A DNA stretch of 50,460 nt from Minisyncoccota bacterium. GTDB lineage: Bacteria > Patescibacteriota > Minisyncoccia > UBA6257 > GWB1-50-10. The DNA is taken from the NCBI GenBank assembly GCA_020059585.1, contig JAGVBU010000016.1, forward strand, positions 1-50,460. Reading direction: 5' to 3'. Within the stretch, counting starts at the first letter, position 1. Each line of letters starts with the position of its first letter. The position numbers were made by a program, and so were the translations under genes. The notes under the pieces were generated by a model. It searched no databases, was not told where the DNA came from, and saw only the letters and a program-made list of their open reading frames with translations. Shown in pieces: positions 33,358 through 43,319 of this stretch.

Positions 33358-33855
33358 ATGATTGTATATATAGGAGCGGATCATAGGGGGTTTAAACTGA
33401 AAGAGGCAATAAAGAGCTTTCTGAAAAATCGCGGGTATCAGGTGTGGGACGTGGGAAATTCGAAATATGACGAGCAGGATGATTATCCGGATATCGCGCT
33501 CGCGCTCGCGCGGAAGGTATCGAACGATTATGAAAACAGCAAAGGAATCCTCATCTGTGGAAATGGTGTGGGAATGAGCATTGTCGCGAATAAATTTCGC
33601 CGTATCCGCGCGGGGCTTGTGATGAATTCTGATCAGGCATTTGATTCGAGGAACGATGACGATACGAACGTGCTTGTGCTTTCCGCGGATTATCTCACGA
33701 CCGATGCGGTGCGAAAGACGCTTATTACATGGCTTGAGACGCCGTTTGCAAGAGAAGAGCGTTTCCGTCGGAGGATCGAAAAAATACAGAGAATCGAGGA
33801 AGAATTCGTAAAATCTTTCGTTGATGTCGAGGGAAAGAAGAAGGAGAACGAATGA
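33358..33855 (+). CDS. rpiB: Ribose-5-phosphate isomerase B
   Basis: IYIGADHRGFKLKE, ILICGNGVGMSIVANK and RR..KI are RpiB/LacAB family motifs. Confidence 0.93.
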   Translation: MIVYIGADHRGFKLKEAIKSFLKNRGYQVWDVGNSKYDEQDDYPDIALALARKVSNDYENSKGILICGNGVGMSIVANKFRRIRAGLVMNSDQAFDSRNDDDTNVLVLSADYLTTDAVRKTLITWLETPFAREERFRRRIEKIQRIEEEFVKSFVDVEGKKKENE

Positions 33856-33859
33856 GCGT

Positions 33860-34513
33860 ATGATTACAATTCCTTCCTTAAATTGCCGTGATACGCAGTG
33901 CGTCCGCGAAAAATCGCGAATAGTGAGCGGCATCGATGCGCCGTGGGTGCATATAGACGTCGCCGATGGGGAATTTGCGCCCGTCGTGCTTGCGGAAGAC
34001 GCGGGAGCGGTAATGCGGATATTGGAAGAGGAGCGCTATCGGGGATATATTGAGGTGCATCTTATGGTAACGCGTCCGGAAACAAGAGTCCGCGCGTGGC
34101 TTGAGCGCGGAGCGAAAAGAATCATAGTCCACGCCGAAGCGCTTCCCGGACCCGATGCGCTGGAGATCCTGAAATCGGAATGTGAAATTTTTGGTGCGGA
34201 ACTTGGCGTTGCGGTACACGCGGAAACGCCCACGGATGTGATAAAACCATTTCTGGGAAAAGCGGAATTTTGGACGATTCTCTCGGTGCCTATAGGATTT
34301 TCAGGGGGAATATTTAAGGAGGAAGCGTCTCTGCGCATGCTTTCATTTTTGCGTACCCATGGACCGAAGACGATCATAGAGATAGACGGAGGAATGCGCG
34401 AGGATACGGGACTGCGAGTGAAAAACGCGGGTGCCGATATTATTGTGAGTGGTTCCTTTATATTTTCTCATGAGGATCCGACGCGCGCATTTCACATACT
34501 CGAGAATCTTTAG
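33860..34513 (+). CDS. rpe: Ribulose-phosphate 3-epimerase-like protein
   Basis: IPSLNC, WVHIDVADGEFAP, EVHLMV, VHAE and EIDGGM match the Rpe TIM-barrel pattern. The ATG at 33860 follows the rpiB stop by 4 nt. Confidence 0.85.
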   Translation: MITIPSLNCRDTQCVREKSRIVSGIDAPWVHIDVADGEFAPVVLAEDAGAVMRILEEERYRGYIEVHLMVTRPETRVRAWLERGAKRIIVHAEALPGPDALEILKSECEIFGAELGVAVHAETPTDVIKPFLGKAEFWTILSVPIGFSGGIFKEEASLRMLSFLRTHGPKTIIEIDGGMREDTGLRVKNAGADIIVSGSFIFSHEDPTRAFHILENL

Positions 34514-34536
34514 AAGAACGGATATAATAAAACAAT

Positions 34537-35397
34537 ATGGCATATTTTCACGAGGATGAATTGAAATATCTCGAAAAGACGGCAACAAGGATCCGAGAGA
34601 AAATTATTGAGACGCTTCTTGAGGCAGAATCAGGACACTCCGCGGGACCTCTTGGGATGGCAGATATATTTACTGCCCTTTATTTCAATATACTTCAGCA
34701 TAATCCGAAGAAGCCAAAATGGCCGGATCGTGATCGTCTCGTGCTTTCAAACGGACACATTTGTCCGGTACAGTATGTCGCGCTCGCGTACGCAGGATAT
34801 TTTCCTCTCGAAGAACTGCGAACACTTCGAAGATTAAACTCCCGTCTTCAGGGACATCCGCATCGGGGAACGGTTCCCGGAGTTGAAACGACCTCGGGTC
34901 CTTTGGGTTCGGGGCTTTCGCAGGCAATCGGAATCGCGCTTGCCGCGCAGATGGACAAGAAAAAATATTGGACATATTGCGTTGCGTCTGACGGAGAGCA
35001 TCAGGAGGGAAATTTCTGGGAGGCCGTGATGTTCGCGGGAAAACATAAATTTCTTAATCTTATTCTTATTGTCGACAGAAACAATATACAGATAGACGGC
35101 TACACGGAGAAGGTTATGCCCTTGGAGCCCCTTCGCGCGAAATATGAGTCATTTAATTGGCACGTACTTGAGATAGACGGGCACAATATTGAGGATTTCG
35201 TGGACGCGGTGAACGAGGCGAAGGCTATTTATGAAAAACCAACCGTTATCATCGCGCATACAATTCCCGGAAAAGGGGTGAGCTTTATGGAAAGAGATTA
35301 TCTCTGGCACGGAAAGCCTCCGACGAAAGATGAGGCGGAAAAGGCGATTGCCGAACTGCGGACATTGGGAAAAAAAATAGTGTCGGAGCACGAATAA
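34537..35397 (+). CDS. Transketolase, N-terminal (TPP-binding) subunit
   Basis: GHSAGPLGMADI, LSNGH and ASDGEHQEGNFWEA are present. It is 286 aa, as expected for a split enzyme. Confidence 0.94.
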   Translation: MAYFHEDELKYLEKTATRIREKIIETLLEAESGHSAGPLGMADIFTALYFNILQHNPKKPKWPDRDRLVLSNGHICPVQYVALAYAGYFPLEELRTLRRLNSRLQGHPHRGTVPGVETTSGPLGSGLSQAIGIALAAQMDKKKYWTYCVASDGEHQEGNFWEAVMFAGKHKFLNLILIVDRNNIQIDGYTEKVMPLEPLRAKYESFNWHVLEIDGHNIEDFVDAVNEAKAIYEKPTVIIAHTIPGKGVSFMERDYLWHGKPPTKDEAEKAIAELRTLGKKIVSEHE

Positions 35398-35470
35398 AAA
35401 TAGTAGCTAGTATTTAGTAGAAAGTAGTAAGTATAAATTCGAATCAAGATGCCGAATATATCTAAATAAC

Positions 35471-36469
35471 ATGTTGAATAAAAATTTAAATCAAAAACTT
35501 TTCGATGCCGATGTGGAACAAATTCCGACGCGCAACGGATACGGAGAGGGACTTGTTTCGGCGGGAGAAGAGGATAAAAACGTGGTGGTTTTGTGTGCCG
35601 ATCTTACTGAGTCAACCCGCTCAGAAGCATTTGCGAAAAAATTTCCCGACCGATTCATTCAAGTTGGCGTTGCCGAACAGAATCTTGCGACGATCGCGGC
35701 GGGACTTGGCGTGAGCGGAAAGATTCCCTTCATATCTTCATACGCAACATTTTCTCCGGGAAGAAATTACGAGCAGATACGCACGACGATCGCGTATAAC
35801 GATTCGAATGTGAAAATCGGGGGAGCGCATGCCGGAATTTCCGTGGGCCCCGATGGGGCAACACATCAGGCGACGGAGGATATCGCGATTATGCGCGCGA
35901 TGCCGAATATGAAAGTCGTCGTGCCGTGTGATGCGATTGAGGCGAAAAAAGCAACGGTTTCCGCGGCGAAAGTGTGGGGTCCCGTGTATATCCGTTTTGG
36001 GAGGGAAAAAAGCCCCGTGATGACGACTAAGGAAACACCGTTCACCATGGGAAAAGCGGAAGTAATGTGGACGCCGGGAGGGGCGAGGAAAAAAGCGGAC
36101 GCGGTGATTATCGGATGCGGAATACTGCTCTCGAATGCGTTGCGCGCCGCCAAGGAGTTGGAGAAGGAAAAGATATACGTATCAGTATTGAATAGTCACA
36201 CGATAAAACCGCTTGATGAAAAGAAGATACTCGATTTCGCGGAAAAGGCGGGAGCGGTGGTTACCGTGGAGGAACATCAGATCGCGGGGGGATTGGGAGG
36301 AGCGGTCGCGGAGCTCCTCGCAAAAAAACTTCCTACGCCTATTGAGTTTGTGGGAATGCAGGACACATTCGGGGAATCAGGGAAACCGAATGAGCTTATT
36401 GAGAAATATGGTATGGGAGTGAAAGATATTAAGGAAGCCGTGAAAAGAACGATTTCAAGAAAGCGGTAA
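35471..36469 (+). CDS. Transketolase, C-terminal (pyrimidine-binding) subunit
   Basis: FIQVGVAEQNLATIAAGL, GATHQATEDIAIMRAMPNM and VTVEEH are present. Length is 332 aa. Confidence 0.94.
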   Translation: MLNKNLNQKLFDADVEQIPTRNGYGEGLVSAGEEDKNVVVLCADLTESTRSEAFAKKFPDRFIQVGVAEQNLATIAAGLGVSGKIPFISSYATFSPGRNYEQIRTTIAYNDSNVKIGGAHAGISVGPDGATHQATEDIAIMRAMPNMKVVVPCDAIEAKKATVSAAKVWGPVYIRFGREKSPVMTTKETPFTMGKAEVMWTPGGARKKADAVIIGCGILLSNALRAAKELEKEKIYVSVLNSHTIKPLDEKKILDFAEKAGAVVTVEEHQIAGGLGGAVAELLAKKLPTPIEFVGMQDTFGESGKPNELIEKYGMGVKDIKEAVKRTISRKR

Positions 36470-36628
36470 TTTTTAGATGAAAAATCACGCGAAAGTGGGA
36501 AATCGGAATGGAAAACCGGCATATCGGACGCCCGCGTCGTTTCGGATGAAACGAAACGGACAATTTTCAAATAAACGAAGAGTAAAAAATTAGAAACCCT
36601 AAAACCTGATAATTAACGAATTATATTT

Positions 36629-37303
36629 ATGGGAACACTTTACATTGTCGCGACACCGATAGGGAATATGAAAGATATCACGCTCCGCGCGGTTGAGACG
36701 CTTGAAAGTGTGGATCTTGTTCTCGCGGAAGATACGCGTGTCGCGAAAAAACTTCTGTCACATCACGGTATACGAAAATCCGTGTGGCGCGCTGACGCGC
36801 GGGCGGAAAGAGAGATGGGAGAAAAAGTGGCGCGCGAACTTATGTCGGGAAAAAATATCGCATTCATTTCCGACGCGGGAACGCCAAATGTTTCCGATCC
36901 GGGTGCCGCTCTTGTCGCGTATATCCGCGAACATGCTCCGCGTGTTCCGATAGTTTCTATTCCGGGAGTATCGGCGATTACAGCACTTCTTTCTATTGCG
37001 GGAGTTTCGGGAGATTCATTTGTATTTCTCGGATATCCTCCGCATAAAAAAGGAAGAAATACCTTTTTTGAAAAACTCGCGAAGATTGAGAATTCAGCGA
37101 TCTTTTATGAGTCGCCTCACAGGATAGAAAAAACTATCGCGGCTATAGAGGAGTTTCTCGGAAAGGAGAAGAGGTTTTGCGTTGGGCGGGAGCTCACCAA
37201 GATGCATGAGGAGATATTTTGGGGCACCGCTACAGAGGCGGCGGCACATTTCAGAGGGGAGAGGAAAAAGGGGGAATTTGTTCTGCTTATTCCACAGAAT
37301 TAG
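36629..37303 (+). CDS. rsmI: 16S rRNA (cytidine1402-2'-O)-methyltransferase RsmI
   Basis: GTLYIVATPIGNMKDITLRA...L..VDLVLAEDTR, SDAGTP.VSDPG and YESPHR are present. Confidence 0.93.
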   Translation: MGTLYIVATPIGNMKDITLRAVETLESVDLVLAEDTRVAKKLLSHHGIRKSVWRADARAEREMGEKVARELMSGKNIAFISDAGTPNVSDPGAALVAYIREHAPRVPIVSIPGVSAITALLSIAGVSGDSFVFLGYPPHKKGRNTFFEKLAKIENSAIFYESPHRIEKTIAAIEEFLGKEKRFCVGRELTKMHEEIFWGTATEAAAHFRGERKKGEFVLLIPQN

Positions 37304-37326
37304 CACTTGACACTCTTGAGTGCTAA
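37300..37326. promoter_or_regulatory. CIRCE operator (HrcA binding site)
   Basis: The observed sequence is TTAGCACTT-gacactctt-GAGTGCTAA. The consensus is TTAGCACTC-N9-GAGTGCTAA. It includes the rsmI TAG stop and overlaps the putative hrcA promoter. Confidence 0.9.
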
Positions 37327-37334
37327 TTTATAAT
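37307..37334 (+). promoter_or_regulatory. Promoter TTGACA-16 nt-TATAAT embedded in CIRCE
   Basis: ttgaca is at 37307-37312 and tataat at 37329-37334. The hrcA ATG at 37341 lies 6 nt after the -10. Confidence 0.6.
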
Positions 37335-37340
37335 AAGCGC

Positions 37341-38054
37341 ATGAGAGATAGGACGAGAGAAATTTTAGAGGCGGGGGTGCGCCAGTTCATAAAAACGGGG
37401 CTTCCTATCACATCGGAACGCCTTTTTGAGGAATATGATTTTGGCATCAAACCCGCGATGATACGATGCGAGTTGAATGCGCTTGATGAGGAAGGATATC
37501 TCGAACAGGGACATCCCTCCGGAGGACGGCGTCCTACCCATAAAGCGTATAAGTTTTTTGTGGATGGACTCCTTTCGGAAAAAGAAGAATCATCTCGCAA
37601 AGTCCGTCAGGCATTCGGCACTCTTGTCTCCCTCTTTGAGCAAGAGAGAAAAATGTTTATTGAACATGTCGCGGACGCGTTTGATTCGCTTATCGCGGGA
37701 TACGAACCGAAAAGAGAAGAATTTTACGGGAGCGGACTCTCCGATCTCATGACGAGAATGGAACTCGATTCAAAAGACGAAATATTGCAGATAGTAGAAG
37801 ATTTCGAAAATCTTTCTTCGCGTATAGAGGAAGAAAGGCGTTGGTGGGAACAAGAATCATCGTGGCCTCAGGTATTCATTGGCGGAAGCCCGCTCACGCG
37901 GAGCAGAAATACCTCAATTATCGTGGAGCGATTCGACAGGGGAAATGAAAAATTTTTCTTTGTGATGCTTGGGCCTACCCGCATGGATTATCAGAAATCG
38001 ATACATTTTTTCAAAACGCTCGAACAGTCGTTTGTAGATAAAAAAGAAAAATAA
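37341..38054 (+). CDS. hrcA: Heat-inducible transcription repressor HrcA (short form)
   Basis: The N-terminal winged-helix region reads RTREILEAGVRQFIKTGLPITSERL..., with IRCELNALDEEGYLEQ.HPSGGR.PT. It is preceded by CIRCE and followed by grpE-dnaK. The GTG at 37320 in the ORF track lies inside CIRCE. Confidence 0.85.
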   Translation: MRDRTREILEAGVRQFIKTGLPITSERLFEEYDFGIKPAMIRCELNALDEEGYLEQGHPSGGRRPTHKAYKFFVDGLLSEKEESSRKVRQAFGTLVSLFEQERKMFIEHVADAFDSLIAGYEPKREEFYGSGLSDLMTRMELDSKDEILQIVEDFENLSSRIEEERRWWEQESSWPQVFIGGSPLTRSRNTSIIVERFDRGNEKFFFVMLGPTRMDYQKSIHFFKTLEQSFVDKKEK

Positions 38055-38059
38055 AAGTT

Positions 38060-38560
38060 ATGGAAGAAAAAGAACATATACCACAAGAAACAGACGTATC
38101 TTCTGATGATACGCTTAAGGCGCTTGAAGAGTGCGGTAAGCAGCGGGATGAATATCTCGACGGGTGGAAGAGGGCAAAAGCCGACCTTATCAATTACAAA
38201 AAAGATGAGATGTCGAGAATGGAGCATGCGGTGAAGTTCGGAAATGAGGCGATCCTTTATGATATGCTCGCGGTACTCGATAGTTTTGATATTGGTATCG
38301 CAACGCTCGAAAAAAACAGCGACGCGCATAAGGGGATGACGCTTATACGCATGCAATGCGAAGACATTATGAGACGATACGGTCTTATGCCGATAGATGC
38401 GCCCCCCGGCACTATTTTTGATCCCAGACGGCACGAGGCAATTGAGGAGGTTTCGTCCGATCTGCCTCCGGGGGCAATTACGGAGGAAGTGAAACGGGGG
38501 TATGAGCTGCACGGAAAAGTGCTTCGCCCGTCAAAGGTTAAAATAGCGAAGCAATCGTAG
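38060..38560 (+). CDS. grpE: Nucleotide exchange factor GrpE
   Basis: [13 protein letters not shown], and FDP..HEA in the C-terminal domain. It sits between hrcA and dnaK. Confidence 0.93.
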   Translation: MEEKEHIPQETDVSSDDTLKALEECGKQRDEYLDGWKRAKADLINYKKDEMSRMEHAVKFGNEAILYDMLAVLDSFDIGIATLEKNSDAHKGMTLIRMQCEDIMRRYGLMPIDAPPGTIFDPRRHEAIEEVSSDLPPGAITEEVKRGYELHGKVLRPSKVKIAKQS

Positions 38561-38591
38561 TCGAAAAAAAACACATTATATTACACACATT

Positions 38592-40529
38592 ATGGCAAAA
38601 AAAATAATCGGTATCGATCTTGGTACCACAAATTCCGCGGTAGCGGTTATGGATAAGGGCGAATTAAAGATTCTGGAAAGTCATGAGGGAAATCGTACTA
38701 CTCCGTCAATCGCGGCATATAGTAAATCAGGAGAACGGCTTGTGGGAATGTCCGCGAAGAGGCAGGCAGTAGTGAATCCGAAGAATACGATTTTTTCGGT
38801 GAAGCGTCTTATAGGAAGGAAATTCAGCGATGATGAGGTGAAGCGGGATAAGGATGCGCTTCCGTATGAGATACGCGAATCTTCGAAGGGGGGAGTGGAA
38901 GTGAAGATGGGAGACAAGTGGTATACTCCCGAGGAGGTTTCAGCGATGATACTCCAGAAACTCAAGGCGGATGCCGAAGCGCGGATTGGCGAAAAAATAA
39001 CGGACGCGGTTATCACCGTGCCGGCATATTTCGACGATAGCCAGCGACAGGCAACGAAAACCGCGGGGGAAATCGCGGGACTTACGGTGCGGAGAATTAT
39101 TAATGAGCCCACCGCGGCGGCGCTCGCATACGGATTAAACAGCAAAAAAAGCGAACAGGTAGTGGTGTATGATTTTGGAGGAGGCACATTCGATGTCTCG
39201 GTGCTTGAAGTTGATTTCGACGCGCTTGGGGGAGACGTAAAAGTGCTTGCAACGGGAGGCGATACGCATCTCGGAGGAGATGACTTCGACGCGCGGATTA
39301 TTGAACATCTCGTGAGTGAATATAAAAAGCAGGAAGGAATAGACATTTCAAAAGATCCTCTTGCGCTGCAACGTCTCAAAGAGGCGGCGGAACGGGCAAA
39401 GCATGAGCTCTCGACGTCAATGGAAACCGAGGTGAATCTTCCTTATATCACTTCAGACGCAAATGGGCCGAAGCATTTTCTTTTGAAGCTTACTCGCGCG
39501 AAGTTCGAGGATCTTGTGCGTGATCTTATTGATCGTTCTGTCGCGCTTGTGCAAGAGGCGGTTACCGCTCCGGCGCCGAAAGGTGCGGGGCTTGCCATAG
39601 CCGATGTTGATGAGATTGTGCTTGTCGGCGGACAAACAAGAATGCCCGCGATACAGGAAGCGGTGAAAAAACTTTTTGGAAAAGAACCAAATAAAACCAT
39701 CAATCCCGATGAGGTTGTCGCGCTTGGCGCGGCGGCGCAGGGAGAGATTATCGCCGCGAAAGACGATGGAAGGAAGACCGAGGGAGAGGTGAAAGACATA
39801 CTTCTTCTCGACGTAACCCCTCTCACGCTTTCTCTCGAGACTCTCGGAGGAGTGGCAACGCCGATGATACAGAAGAACACCACCGTTCCCACGTCAAAGA
39901 CGCAGGTGTTTTCAACCGCGGCGGATAATCAGACCTCGGTTGAAATACATATCGGACAGGGTGAGCGACCGATGATGGCGGATAATAAAACGCTCGGACG
40001 ATTTATTCTCGATGGTATTCCTCCTTCTCCGCGCGGAATACCGCAGGTTGAGGTGACATTTGATATTGACGCGAATGGAATTCTCAATGTGTCCGCGAAA
40101 GACAAGGCGAGCGGGAAGTCGCAGTCCATACACATTGAAGCGTCCACAAGCCTGAACAAAGAAGAGGTGGAGCGCCTCAAGCAGGAAGCGGCGCAACATG
40201 CGGCGGAGGACGAGAAAAAACGGACGCTTATTGAGGAACGCAACAAAGCGGAATCGGTGGTATACGTTGCGGAGAAAAGCATTAAAGAAAATGCGGAAAA
40301 AATACCCGCAGAAGTGAAGACGGATATCGAGGAAAAAATAAAGAAGGTGCATGAGGTAAAAGAAAAGGACGATGTACAGGCGATTTCCGCGGCAACGCAG
40401 GATTTGTCCGCCGCGATGCAAAAAATAGGGGAATCGCTGTATAATAAGGATGCGAATAAAGAAACGGGAAACGAGGAGAAGAAAGAAGAAGGAAATACAA
40501 CCAATGACACCGGGACCAACAATAACTAG
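38592..40529 (+). CDS. dnaK: Molecular chaperone DnaK (Hsp70)
   Basis: [30 protein letters not shown] and the EEVD-less Lys/Glu-rich tail are present. Length is 645 aa. Confidence 0.98.
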   Translation: MAKKIIGIDLGTTNSAVAVMDKGELKILESHEGNRTTPSIAAYSKSGERLVGMSAKRQAVVNPKNTIFSVKRLIGRKFSDDEVKRDKDALPYEIRESSKGGVEVKMGDKWYTPEEVSAMILQKLKADAEARIGEKITDAVITVPAYFDDSQRQATKTAGEIAGLTVRRIINEPTAAALAYGLNSKKSEQVVVYDFGGGTFDVSVLEVDFDALGGDVKVLATGGDTHLGGDDFDARIIEHLVSEYKKQEGIDISKDPLALQRLKEAAERAKHELSTSMETEVNLPYITSDANGPKHFLLKLTRAKFEDLVRDLIDRSVALVQEAVTAPAPKGAGLAIADVDEIVLVGGQTRMPAIQEAVKKLFGKEPNKTINPDEVVALGAAAQGEIIAAKDDGRKTEGEVKDILLLDVTPLTLSLETLGGVATPMIQKNTTVPTSKTQVFSTAADNQTSVEIHIGQGERPMMADNKTLGRFILDGIPPSPRGIPQVEVTFDIDANGILNVSAKDKASGKSQSIHIEASTSLNKEEVERLKQEAAQHAAEDEKKRTLIEERNKAESVVYVAEKSIKENAEKIPAEVKTDIEEKIKKVHEVKEKDDVQAISAATQDLSAAMQKIGESLYNKDANKETGNEEKKEEGNTTNDTGTNNN

Positions 40530-41544
40530 CCACGCGACAGAAGCCGAGATAGATCGGAATAATCTCAAGATACTCATTCTTGCGGTGCTTGGGATAGGAG
40601 CAAGCGTGCTCTCCGCGCGAATATTTATGGCGTTTCTCTCGGATATTCGCACGGATTATTTCGCGGTGTGGGCGGTGTCGGTATGCGTCTTTGTCACCTT
40701 TATTATGCTTCAGACGATGTTTGTGAAGAGCCAGACCAAGCTTCAGGTGATTATGTTTCTTCAGGGAATCGCGCCCGCAGCAATCTTTTTCGAATATCTC
40801 TATCCTTCTGTATCTCTCCCTCTTTTCGTAGGAATATTTGCGTCGGCGGTTTTCTATATGATTGCCGCGCATAGGGGATGGACGATACTCGCAAACAGTT
40901 TAAGTATCAGATTTTCTTTTGTCGCGAAGAACACTATTCCCAAGGCAATGACGGGACTTCTTATCTTTTCGGCGCTTTTCTCATACTCATATTATTTCGA
41001 GGAGGGGAAGTTCACGGAAGAATTGGGCCGTTCCATTTCTGATCAGATTCTGATTTCTTCAGAACCTCTCGTGCAAATGTGGTTTCCCGGAATAAGTTTT
41101 TCACAGAACGGAAAAGATTTTTTTGAAAGAATCGCCGCGGCGCAACTCGAAAAAATACCATTTGAGGAAGCGGCAAAAAATCCAATGATTGCCGCGTTTG
41201 GTACGATGCCCGAAAAAGAGAAACAAAAACTCATCAGCGAAGCGGCAACAAAAGTGCGGGGCGCGATGGAAGAGTCGTTCGGATCATTTCCAACGCATAG
41301 ACCGGTACACGAATCGATATTCAATATTGCGCGCGATTGGGTAGGTCATATGAATGAAAAATTTGGAGGCGTTTTTCCGGCGGTTCTTATCGCGGCGATG
41401 TTCTTTTCCGCAAAAGGATTATTTTCTCTTTTCCATTGGTGCATATCCCTTCTTTCCTTTCTTTCGTACAAATTTCTCGTGGTGACGGGATTCGCGTATA
41501 CGAATCTTGAAAGCAGGAGCAGGGAGTTTATTCTTTTGTCATAG
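40504..41544 (+). CDS. Polytopic membrane protein (about 7 TM) of unknown function, located between dnaK and dnaJ
   Basis: Five N-terminal TM helices, a soluble loop of about 130 aa, then two C-terminal TM helices. The ATG at 40504 overlaps the dnaK 3' end by 26 nt. The start choice is uncertain. Confidence 0.7.
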   Translation: MTPGPTITSHATEAEIDRNNLKILILAVLGIGASVLSARIFMAFLSDIRTDYFAVWAVSVCVFVTFIMLQTMFVKSQTKLQVIMFLQGIAPAAIFFEYLYPSVSLPLFVGIFASAVFYMIAAHRGWTILANSLSIRFSFVAKNTIPKAMTGLLIFSALFSYSYYFEEGKFTEELGRSISDQILISSEPLVQMWFPGISFSQNGKDFFERIAAAQLEKIPFEEAAKNPMIAAFGTMPEKEKQKLISEAATKVRGAMEESFGSFPTHRPVHESIFNIARDWVGHMNEKFGGVFPAVLIAAMFFSAKGLFSLFHWCISLLSFLSYKFLVVTGFAYTNLESRSREFILLS

Positions 41545-41710
41545 GAGGAAGAATAAATTAATTTCCAGACTGCAAATATCAAATAACAAACAATTTCGAA
41601 ATTTCAAACACAAATTTTCACACAGTCTCTTTTTGTCATTTGAATTTCAATATTGGATATTGTTTGTAATGTGATACTTGTGATTTCGGATTTTCCGCAG
41701 CCTATTATAT

Positions 41711-42811
41711 ATGTCTAAAGATTATTACAAAATATTAGGAGTTGAGCGAAACGCGTCTGAAAATGAAATAAAAAGCGCGTACCGAAAACTCGCGCATCAG
41801 CATCATCCCGACAAACAGGGGGGTGACGAGAAAAAATTCAAGGAGATAAACGAGGCGTATCAGGTGCTTTCGAATAAAGAAAAAAAAGCGCAGTACGATC
41901 AGTTTGGCACGACATTTGAAGGCGCTCAGGGGGCGGGAGGTTTTTCTGGATTCGGAGGATTTAATCCGAATGATTTTCAGAACTGGAACTTTCAGGGAGG
42001 ATTCGGAGAAAACGATTTTGGGGACATTTTTGAGAGTATTTTCGAGCAATTCGGCGGAAGTAACAGAAAAAGAGCCACCGCGCGGCGAGGAAACGATATT
42101 GAAACAGAGGAGAGGCTTTCGCTTGAGGATGCGTTTCGCGGCGCGGATCGGATGATAAAGTTCAAAACGTACGTTTCGTGCGCAAAGTGCGGTGGTCCGG
42201 GATACGATGAAACAAAGGGATTTGGAACGTGCGCGAAATGTAAGGGAAAAGGGGAGCTTCGCGCGGAACGTCGAACGGTATTTGGAAATTTTTCGCAGAT
42301 TGTCGTGTGTGATGCGTGCAACGGAAGCGGAAAAACGCCGAACGCGCTCTGTTCCGCATGTAGCGGAAAGGGCCGTGTATCCGACACAAAGGAAGTAAAA
42401 TTTTCGATTGCCCCTGGGATCGAAGACGGGCAGGTTCTTCAAGTGAGGGGAGGCGGAGAAGCGGGCGAGCGTGGCGCGCAGGGAGGGGATCTTTTCGTGA
42501 GAATACGCGTACAGCCGCATTCTGTTTTTACGCGCAAAAAGGAAGATTTGTATATGAAAAAAGAGATCTCTCCAATAGGCGCCCTTTTAGGAAAGAAATT
42601 TTCCGCGAAAGATATTAGCGGAGAGGAATTCCATTTTTCAGTGCCGGAAGATTTCGACATAAATGAGCCGCTGAAGATAAAAGGAAGGGGTATGCCGAGA
42701 TTCGGGTCGTCGTCCCGCGGAGATCTCTATATAAAGATTTCGATACGAACGCCGAAAAAACTCTCAAAAAAGGCAACGCAATTACTCGAAGAACTGGAGA
42801 AGGAGATTTGA
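41711..42811 (+). CDS. dnaJ: Molecular chaperone DnaJ
   Basis: The J domain has HPD ([12 protein letters not shown]). A G/F-rich region follows. There are four CxxCxGxG-type zinc motifs ([32 protein letters not shown]). Confidence 0.97.
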   Translation: MSKDYYKILGVERNASENEIKSAYRKLAHQHHPDKQGGDEKKFKEINEAYQVLSNKEKKAQYDQFGTTFEGAQGAGGFSGFGGFNPNDFQNWNFQGGFGENDFGDIFESIFEQFGGSNRKRATARRGNDIETEERLSLEDAFRGADRMIKFKTYVSCAKCGGPGYDETKGFGTCAKCKGKGELRAERRTVFGNFSQIVVCDACNGSGKTPNALCSACSGKGRVSDTKEVKFSIAPGIEDGQVLQVRGGGEAGERGAQGGDLFVRIRVQPHSVFTRKKEDLYMKKEISPIGALLGKKFSAKDISGEEFHFSVPEDFDINEPLKIKGRGMPRFGSSSRGDLYIKISIRTPKKLSKKATQLLEELEKEI

Positions 42812-42842
42812 TTTTCTTTTTGAAAGTAGCATCATTAAAGGT

Positions 42843-43259
42843 ATGGAAAATATTGAGAAACAACTTTTGAATAATGAAGAAGAGGCGGAGAAAGCAGAGA
42901 CCTATGATGCATCAGAGGATCTCGTAGGACAGCACGGACTTCGGCTAAGGAAATTGGAACGAGGGAGAGAAGGAAAAGCGAATTTATATCCTGAAGAAAT
43001 TCCCGACGAGGACACACTGAATATCGAGGATATGATTATAGAGGGAATGGAAGAAAACTCGGAAAACGAGGATGAAAATCTGGAGGAGATACGATCGAAT
43101 AACAGGGTGCCTCTTCCGATTGAAATAAAAAAGATTATTGCAAAATATTCATTGTCTCCCGAAATGTGGAACAAGCTTTCAGGAAGCGAGAAGAAAGAGA
43201 GGAAGTCCGCGATCCAGAAAGAAATAGAGCAATATTATATTTCTCGGCGGGGCGCGTAG
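42843..43259 (+). CDS. Highly acidic hypothetical protein (138 aa)
   Basis: Glu/Asp-rich ORF (EDMIIEGMEENSENEDENLEE). No family was recognised. Confidence 0.55.
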   Translation: MENIEKQLLNNEEEAEKAETYDASEDLVGQHGLRLRKLERGREGKANLYPEEIPDEDTLNIEDMIIEGMEENSENEDENLEEIRSNNRVPLPIEIKKIIAKYSLSPEMWNKLSGSEKKERKSAIQKEIEQYYISRRGA

Positions 43260-43291
43260 TCATTGGTTTTTCGCATATAAAGAAGGTTTTG

Positions 43292-43319
43292 TTGACGAAT
43301 GGCATTTTGTGTGTAATAT
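43292..43319 (+). promoter_or_regulatory. Putative promoter TTGACG-16 nt-TAATAT (TG immediately upstream of the -10)
   Basis: ttgacg is at 43292-43297 and taatat at 43314-43319. Confidence 0.4.

Noticed and set aside
36470-36628. Hairpin CGTTTCG-gatgaaa-CGAAACG (about 36537-36557) and minus-strand ORF 36277..36570 between tkt and rsmI.
   Set aside because: The hairpin lacks a U-tract and is short. The ORF overlaps the tkt 3' end antisense and has no features. Neither is strong enough to call.
38681-40872. Long ORFs antisense to or out of frame with dnaK (38681..39379, 39443..39892, 39912..40652, 39929..40522, 40282..40872).
   Set aside because: They lie entirely within an unmistakable dnaK reading frame. 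Their translations are low-complexity and Arg/Ser/Phe-rich with no motifs. This is the usual shadow-ORF effect.
41735-42520. 261-aa minus-strand ORF opposite dnaJ. Similar antisense ORFs lie opposite ftsI (47641..48378, 48012..48653), murF (49339..50076), rplL (44025..44555), rpiB/rpe (33253..33933), paralog 4 (21146..21640) and the polytopic membrane gene (15233..15586, 15776..16186).
   Set aside because: Each overlaps a confidently identified gene on the other strand and lacks any motif, start context or terminator.
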